The translations under genes were made by a program, and so were the position numbers. Source: an uncultured Phycisphaerae bacterium (lineage in GTDB: Bacteria; Planctomycetota; Phycisphaerae; UBA1845; PWPN01). Taken from it: a stretch of DNA of 64,000 nt. The DNA lies in assembly GCA_938005315.1 (NCBI GenBank), contig CALLOB010000005.1, forward strand, positions 88,790 to 152,789, given 5' to 3'. The notes below the pieces were generated by a model. It saw nothing but the letters and a program-made list of their open reading frames with translations. It was not told where the DNA came from and did not search any database. Positions 58,710 through 64,000 of this stretch are shown in pieces. The stretch's first letter is position 1; every line of letters starts with the position of its first letter.

Positions 58710-61250
58710 TCACGGGTCGGACCGGACAAGCCGCATGCCGCCGAGGTAGTAGAAACCGTAGGGATTGTCGTTGTTCGGGCCGGGGCCGACCGTGACCGTG
58801 ATCGTTCCGCCGGGCGCAGGAATGATGCCCGGAACCACGGCCAATGCATTGCGGTTGTCGGCGGGATTCAGATACGCCGTGCCGCTGTTGGCCCCGACCA
58901 CCTGATAGGCCGTCTCGCGATTGTCGGACGCGCCCATCCGCGATGCGAAGAACACCAGCGTGTATGTCACTCCCGGCTGGGTGCTCAGGCCGGCCAGCGT
59001 GAAACCGCCGGTCGGTTCGGTGCTGCCGCCGAACTCGACGGTGTTCCCGAACAGACTGTCGCGCGTCGTCTGCGGATTCAGCATCGCCGCGTCGCCGTCG
59101 GGCGTCGTCGTGCCGTCGATATTCGCGCCGGGCCAGAAGGCGTCGGTGACGCTCAGCGAGATCCCGGTGGCGTTTCCGTTGCCGTCGACGGCGTCGGTTA
59201 CCGGCGACTGTCCCTCGGTGACGTTGTTGCAGTTGCCGGCCGTCTGCCGGCCGGAGCTGCCGAAGTCGAAGTACACCGTCGAGGGCGCCTCGCGCACGAC
59301 CTTCATCGCCCCGAGGTAGTAGAATCCGTAGGGATTGTTGTTGTTCGGGCCCGGCCCGAGCGCGACGGTCACGGTCCCGCCCGGCGTCGGGGTGATGCCC
59401 GATACCACCGCCACCGCGCTGCGGTTATCCGAGGGATTCAGGTATGCGGTACCGCTGCTGGACCCGGTCACCTGAAAGGCCGTCTCGCGGTTGTCGGACG
59501 CGCCCATCCGCGAGCCGAAAAAGCTGAAGGTGTAGGTGACGCCGGGGCGGGTGCTCAGGCCCGCCAACGTGAAACCGGCAGTCGGCTCGCTGCTGCCGCC
59601 GAACAAAACGGTATTGCCGAACAGGCTGTCGCGCGCGGCCTGAATGTCGAACATCGCCGCGGCGTCGAGAGGATCGGTCGTGCCGTCGGGGTTGAAGCCC
59701 GGCCAGAAGGCGTCGGTGACGGTCAGCGAGACGCCCGTCGGTCTTCCGGCGCTGTCGATGGCGTCGGTCACCGCCGTCTGCAGGTCCGTGATGTTGTTGT
59801 AGCTGCCCGTGGCCTGCTGGCCGGCGCTGCCGAAGTCGAACAGCAGGGTCTGTGCCAGCCCGGAAGAGATCACATTGAGAATCACGTTGAACGCGGCGCC
59901 CTGGTATCCGCCAGCGGCCGCGGCGACACGGGCATAGTAGGAGCCCGGCGGGAGACCGGTCCCGTTGACATTGACGGCAAAAGGCGTCGCGGCAGGGACC
60001 GCGGCCGGAACAGTCAACCAGGCCGGCGGAGCCTGCGTGACGAGATCCACGGCCGAAAGGGCGACGGCCGGCGTCAGACCGTCATTGGTCGAGACCGTGT
60101 TGGGTGAGCTGCCCGTTTCGGAGCCTTCGGTGAGATAGAAGACAATGTCCCACGCGGCAAAGGACAACGCCGGCGGCGGGTAGGTCAGGTAGGGCTGAAG
60201 CATGCCGAAATCGGCCTGGTCCACGTCCCGGTCCCTGTCGAAGTCCGCCGCGATATAGCCGTTTTCGTCGGGCACGAGCCCGCATCCGGGAGGCGGCGCC
60301 GGCAGGGCCGACGGTTCATAGAGAGCGCCGGGGCCGGTACCGCAGGCCAGGAAGATCATCAGGTCGTCGCGGTCAGCGTCGTTGTCGAAGTCCAGATCGA
60401 CCCCCAGGTCGAAGGAGGGTCCCGGTGGCAGATGTAAATCGGCAATGGATTGCAGGGCCGCCGCCTCCTGCGGGGTCAGGCTCGTGAACAGTGCGGGCAG
60501 CCCCAGCGTCGTGCGCCGGCCATAGACCGTGCCGAAGATGACCAGGCCCGAAAGGTAGGTGCCGCGTGTATTGGCATGGTAGATGTCCGCGGCGTGCAGG
60601 TCGTCCCAGCCCGTCGCCTGCCAGGCCTCTCCGACCCGGGCCACGATCGCGCTGCCGGGGCCGTAGGCCGCCACGAGGTCCTGCCGGGCCAGCTCGTAGT
60701 TGTCCCGCAGCTCCTGCTGCATCTGGGCCGGTCCGCCGGGAAACAACGGTGGGCTGTCGGTGTAGAAATAGTGCCCCGGCCCGCGTGCCCAGGTCTGGAA
60801 CAGAATCGCCTTGGCGGCGAGGCTGTGGCTTCGCACGGCCCCGAACAGCGCGTTTGCGGCGGCGCGGAAACCGGCCGGATCACCGATGGAAGTGGGATTC
60901 GTCGAGTACTCCTGAATCACGACGGCGTCCCACTGGAAACCCGGAACCTCCTGGAAATCCTGCGGGTCGGTGATGACGCCGGCGTTGTTGCTCAGGTGCC
61001 AGGCGAGCGTCTGATTGTTAACTGCGGCATTCTCGATCCGGGGCGCCGGATAACCGGCGGCGACGGCCAGCTGCCTGACCACCTCCGGCACGCCGCCGAA
61101 GGACTCGGCCTCCGTCGAGCCGTAGCCGCGCGTGAAGCTGTTGCCGTAGAACAACAGATTCTTGGGACCCTGCGCGGCCGATGTCCCACAGATGATCGCC
61201 GGGAGGGCGAGAACCGCCATATACGGCCAGCCACTTTGTGAAGGTACCAT
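58710..61250 (-). CDS. Secreted SGNH hydrolase with dockerin-like module, BACON-like domain and two tandem beta-rich domains
   Basis: Signal peptide; LFYGNSFT, WDAVVIQE, FQTWAR, DIYHAN; DFDNDADRDD / DFDRDRDVDQADFG; duplicated FDFG...YYLG domain. Confidence 0.85.
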   Translation of the reverse strand: MVPSQSGWPYMAVLALPAIICGTSAAQGPKNLLFYGNSFTRGYGSTEAESFGGVPEVVRQLAVAAGYPAPRIENAAVNNQTLAWHLSNNAGVITDPQDFQEVPGFQWDAVVIQEYSTNPTSIGDPAGFRAAANALFGAVRSHSLAAKAILFQTWARGPGHYFYTDSPPLFPGGPAQMQQELRDNYELARQDLVAAYGPGSAIVARVGEAWQATGWDDLHAADIYHANTRGTYLSGLVIFGTVYGRRTTLGLPALFTSLTPQEAAALQSIADLHLPPGPSFDLGVDLDFDNDADRDDLMIFLACGTGPGALYEPSALPAPPPGCGLVPDENGYIAADFDRDRDVDQADFGMLQPYLTYPPPALSFAAWDIVFYLTEGSETGSSPNTVSTNDGLTPAVALSAVDLVTQAPPAWLTVPAAVPAATPFAVNVNGTGLPPGSYYARVAAAAGGYQGAAFNVILNVISSGLAQTLLFDFGSAGQQATGSYNNITDLQTAVTDAIDSAGRPTGVSLTVTDAFWPGFNPDGTTDPLDAAAMFDIQAARDSLFGNTVLFGGSSEPTAGFTLAGLSTRPGVTYTFSFFGSRMGASDNRETAFQVTGSSSGTAYLNPSDNRSAVAVVSGITPTPGGTVTVALGPGPNNNNPYGFYYLGAMKVVREAPSTVYFDFGSSGRQTAGNCNNVTEGQSPVTDAVDGNGNATGISLSVTDAFWPGANIDGTTTPDGDAAMLNPQTTRDSLFGNTVEFGGSTEPTGGFTLAGLSTQPGVTYTLVFFASRMGASDNRETAYQVVGANSGTAYLNPADNRNALAVVPGIIPAPGGTITVTVGPGPNNDNPYGFYYLGGMRLVRSDP
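58720..59850 (-). repeat. Intragenic tandem duplication, two ~570 bp copies
   Basis: Matching blocks 570 nt apart, e.g. CCGAGGTAGTAGAA at 58741 and 59311, GGCCAGAAGGCGTCGGTGACG at 59131 and 59701. Confidence 0.9.
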
Positions 61251-61362
61251 CAAGGTGCTCCCTGTCTGCGTCCCCTCGCGCCGCGCGGGACGCCGCCGCT
61301 GACCGGGGGCGGCGTGCCGACCGGGTGGATTCGGGGCCGGGATACCCGACTGAAACATTTTA

Positions 61363-61392
61363 GTTATAACATCCTTGCCGCTTCCGTGTCTT
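61363..61392 (-). promoter_or_regulatory. Extended -10 promoter candidate for the SGNH gene
   Basis: AT-rich island; minus strand TGtTATAAC with AAGACA 18 bp upstream and a T-tract further upstream. Confidence 0.45.
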
Positions 61393-62040
61393 GCGGCGGC
61401 AAGTGAAAAAAACAATAAATCTGACCACGCCGGTCGACACGGTCCGGCGACGCGGTCTGGCCTCTTACGGTCTCCGTGGCTTCGCCGGCCGGTGCGCATC
61501 GGACGGATCCATGGTTGACCATCCCGTTCAGAGTCACTGAAAGCGGATGGGCGAAGTACCGCTTTGTTGCAGGACTCAGCGCGGATCGAGCCGGATTTAT
61601 CAGACCTGCCTGCCCCTCATGCCTCTTCGGCACACAGTTGGCGCCGCAAGCGCCGAATGCGGCTGGTGAGCCATGGCCGGCATGACCAACGACGCCGCGG
61701 ACGGGGACGCAACACAAGCAGGGCGCGCGAAATACCGTTCGTCAAAGACGTTGCCATCATCTCCCTGCCGCCGGCCTCGTCTACCCGCCGGATCATGGTT
61801 TCGCTCCGCCAAAGCCGGCCGAGGCCACCGGCAACCGGTCCGGTCTCCGGCGGACGGCACGCGGTGACGGGCATGGCCGGTCTTTCGGACCAGCGGAGGC
61901 CGGCGGGCGGACCGTCGCCTGACTCGGGCGGCGATCCGGGAGCGATATTCTCGTGGCCCAGACTTGCAGACCTCGGACCCTCAGGGCCTTTCCGCAGGCC
62001 CGGCCGTGGCTCGACCACCGGGGCGCCGGTCTCGAGGCGA

Positions 62041-63999
62041 TCACATCGGCTCGAGCACCTGGGCCGAGCGGGCGGGAATGTAAACGATCACTGACTGCGG
62101 CCGTCCATCGGCGGCAATGGGCTGCCAGGGGTAGACCTGGCCGGGGGGAACGATGCCGTGGCCGCCGAACCAGAAGTCGTCGGTGTTCATGACCACGCGA
62201 TAATCGCGGGCCGAGGGCACCCCGACGGTGAAATCGGGGTACGAGTTGTGGGGGTGGAAGTTGAAGATGAACACCAGCGGACCGCGCCGGTAGGCCAGGA
62301 TCTTGTTGTCCTCGTGGACCTTGATCTTCTCGATCGGGCCGGCGCCCAGCAGGCCGAAGTGGACGTCCAGGGCCTGCATCTCGCGATCGAAAGCGGCCAG
62401 GTCGCGATAGCGCAGCAGCAGGTTGTCGACCAGAGACCACTGCCGACGGGCGTACTTGAACGAGAACCCGTTGCCCTCGCGCGGAAAGTCGATCCACTCG
62501 GGATGGCCGAACTCGTTGCCCATGAAGTTGAGCCAGGCCTCGCCGGCCAGACTGAAGGTGATCAGCCGGATCATCTTGTGCAGGGCGATGCCGCGATCGA
62601 TCACCACGTCCTGGTGCTCCTTGCTCATGTACCAGTACATGCTGGCGTCCATGAGCCAGAAGGCGATGGTCTTGTCGCCCACCAGGGCCTGGTCGTGGCA
62701 CTCGGCGTAGGCCACGTGCTTCTCGCCCGGCCGGCGGTTGACCAGGGTGTGGTACATCTCATCCATGTGCCAGTCTTCGTCCTTGCGCTCCCGCAGCAGG
62801 CGGATCCAGTAGTCCGGCACACCCATCGCCAGGCGGTAGTCGAAGCCCAGCCCGCCCTCCTCCAGCGGCCGGGCCAGCCCGACCATCCCCGAGACGTCCT
62901 CCGCGATCGTCACGATGTGCGGCGCGGCCTCGTGGGCGACCATGTTGGCCAGCTGGAGACAGGTGACCGCGTCCTCGTCGATGTCGTGGATGAGATAGTC
63001 GTCGTAGCAGGTGAACGGCTTGCCCAGACCATGGTGCAGGTACATCATGCTGGTCACGCCGTCGAAGCGCAAGCCGTCGAAATGGTACTCCTCGATCCAG
63101 AAGCGGACGTTGCTCAGCAGGAAGCGCAGCACCTCCCACTTGCCGTAGTCGAACAGCAGCGAATCCCACGCCGGATGCTGGCCGCGCGGGCCGGCATGGA
63201 AGTACTGGTGATCCGTACCGTCGAACATGTTCAGGCCGTCCTGGACGTTCTTGACCGCGTGGCTGTGCACCAGGTCGAGAAAGACGAGCAACCCCCGGCC
63301 GTGGGCGGTGTCGATCAGCCGCTTGAGGTCCTCGGGCGTGCCGAAGCGCGAGGAGACGGCATAGAAGGCGTTGACGTGGTAGCCGAAGGAGGCGTAATAG
63401 GGGTGCTCCTGGACGGCCATGAGCTGGACGACGTTGTAACCGGCGGCGACAATCCGCGGCAGGATCTGGTCGGTGAACTCGTTGTAGGTGCCGATCCGCT
63501 CGGCCTCCAGGGCCATGCCCACGTGGGCCTCGTAGATCCGGGGGTGGCCCTGGAGGGCCGGCACCGGGTACCGCCAGCGATAGGGCTCGGGAGGGTCCCA
63601 GTACTGGCCGGTACCGTTGTGGGTCGTCGGATCGTAGACCACGCGGCGGATGTACGCCGGAATGCGATCCATGGGCCCGATCCTGCTGATCACGTGCACC
63701 TTGACGTGGTCGCCGTGCCGGAGCCCCCGGCCGCCTTCGTCATCGGGCACGAACGTGCGCCAGACGCCGAACTGGTCGCGCTCCATGGGGTGCGAACTGC
63801 GGTTCCAGCCGTTGAAGTCCCCGATCAGGAAGAGCTGCTCGGCCCCGGGAGCCCACTCCCGGTACCAGACGCCGGGGCGACCGTCCTTGCGGCCGCGGTT
63901 GAAGCCGAAGCGTCTGTAGCCACGGCTGAACGCCTCCAGACTGCCCTCGGTCCTGACGATCTCATCCAGCCGGGCGCGGAAGCGGCGGTAGCGGTGACG
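62041..63999 (-). CDS. glgB: 1,4-alpha-glucan branching enzyme (GH13, eukaryote-like subfamily 8 type), 5' end outside window
   Basis: YREWAPGA, GDFNGW, IYEAHVG, ASFGYHV, DLVHSH, FDGLRFDGVTSM, IAEDVSG, HDQALVGDKT, LNFMGNEFGHPEWIDFPR. Confidence 0.96.
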   Translation of the reverse strand, partial: RHRYRRFRARLDEIVRTEGSLEAFSRGYRRFGFNRGRKDGRPGVWYREWAPGAEQLFLIGDFNGWNRSSHPMERDQFGVWRTFVPDDEGGRGLRHGDHVKVHVISRIGPMDRIPAYIRRVVYDPTTHNGTGQYWDPPEPYRWRYPVPALQGHPRIYEAHVGMALEAERIGTYNEFTDQILPRIVAAGYNVVQLMAVQEHPYYASFGYHVNAFYAVSSRFGTPEDLKRLIDTAHGRGLLVFLDLVHSHAVKNVQDGLNMFDGTDHQYFHAGPRGQHPAWDSLLFDYGKWEVLRFLLSNVRFWIEEYHFDGLRFDGVTSMMYLHHGLGKPFTCYDDYLIHDIDEDAVTCLQLANMVAHEAAPHIVTIAEDVSGMVGLARPLEEGGLGFDYRLAMGVPDYWIRLLRERKDEDWHMDEMYHTLVNRRPGEKHVAYAECHDQALVGDKTIAFWLMDASMYWYMSKEHQDVVIDRGIALHKMIRLITFSLAGEAWLNFMGNEFGHPEWIDFPREGNGFSFKYARRQWSLVDNLLLRYRDLAAFDREMQALDVHFGLLGAGPIEKIKVHEDNKILAYRRGPLVFIFNFHPHNSYPDFTVGVPSARDYRVVMNTDDFWFGGHGIVPPGQVYPWQPIAADGRPQSVIVYIPARSAQVLEPM

Positions 64000-64000
64000 C

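Overview
High-GC (roughly 70%), gene-dense bacterial chromosomal window. It looks like Planctomycetota, probably Phycisphaerae; this is inferred from six Gfo/Idh/MocA oxidoreductases (three Tat-exported), an ECF sigma factor/Ser-Thr kinase pair, dockerin-like DxDxDxDVD modules and an rpsP-trmD-rplS-yraN-tatD string lacking rimM. About 50 CDSs are present. They include housekeeping genes (rpsP, trmD, rplS, yraN, tatD, tsaB, family-4 UDG, pfkA, phoB/phoR-like pair, fliM, glgB), many secreted or lipoprotein carbohydrate-active and envelope enzymes, and a REC-GGDEF cyclase. I saw no CRISPR array, tRNA, rRNA, transposase or prophage. The most interesting unexplained signal is a ~350 nt intergenic element (49227-49573) between tatD and a GGQ release-factor-like gene. 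By eye it folds into a closed multi-helix structure with an H-type pseudoknot, and I cannot match it to any RNA family. A second hairpin-rich intergenic tract (6121-6328, possibly 6S-like), a recurring sigma-28-like promoter motif, a soluble kinase with an Imm5-like tail, an NlpC/P60-like lipoprotein and a frameshifted gene relic also merit follow-up. All calls come from reading motifs by eye; no searches or folding programs were run.
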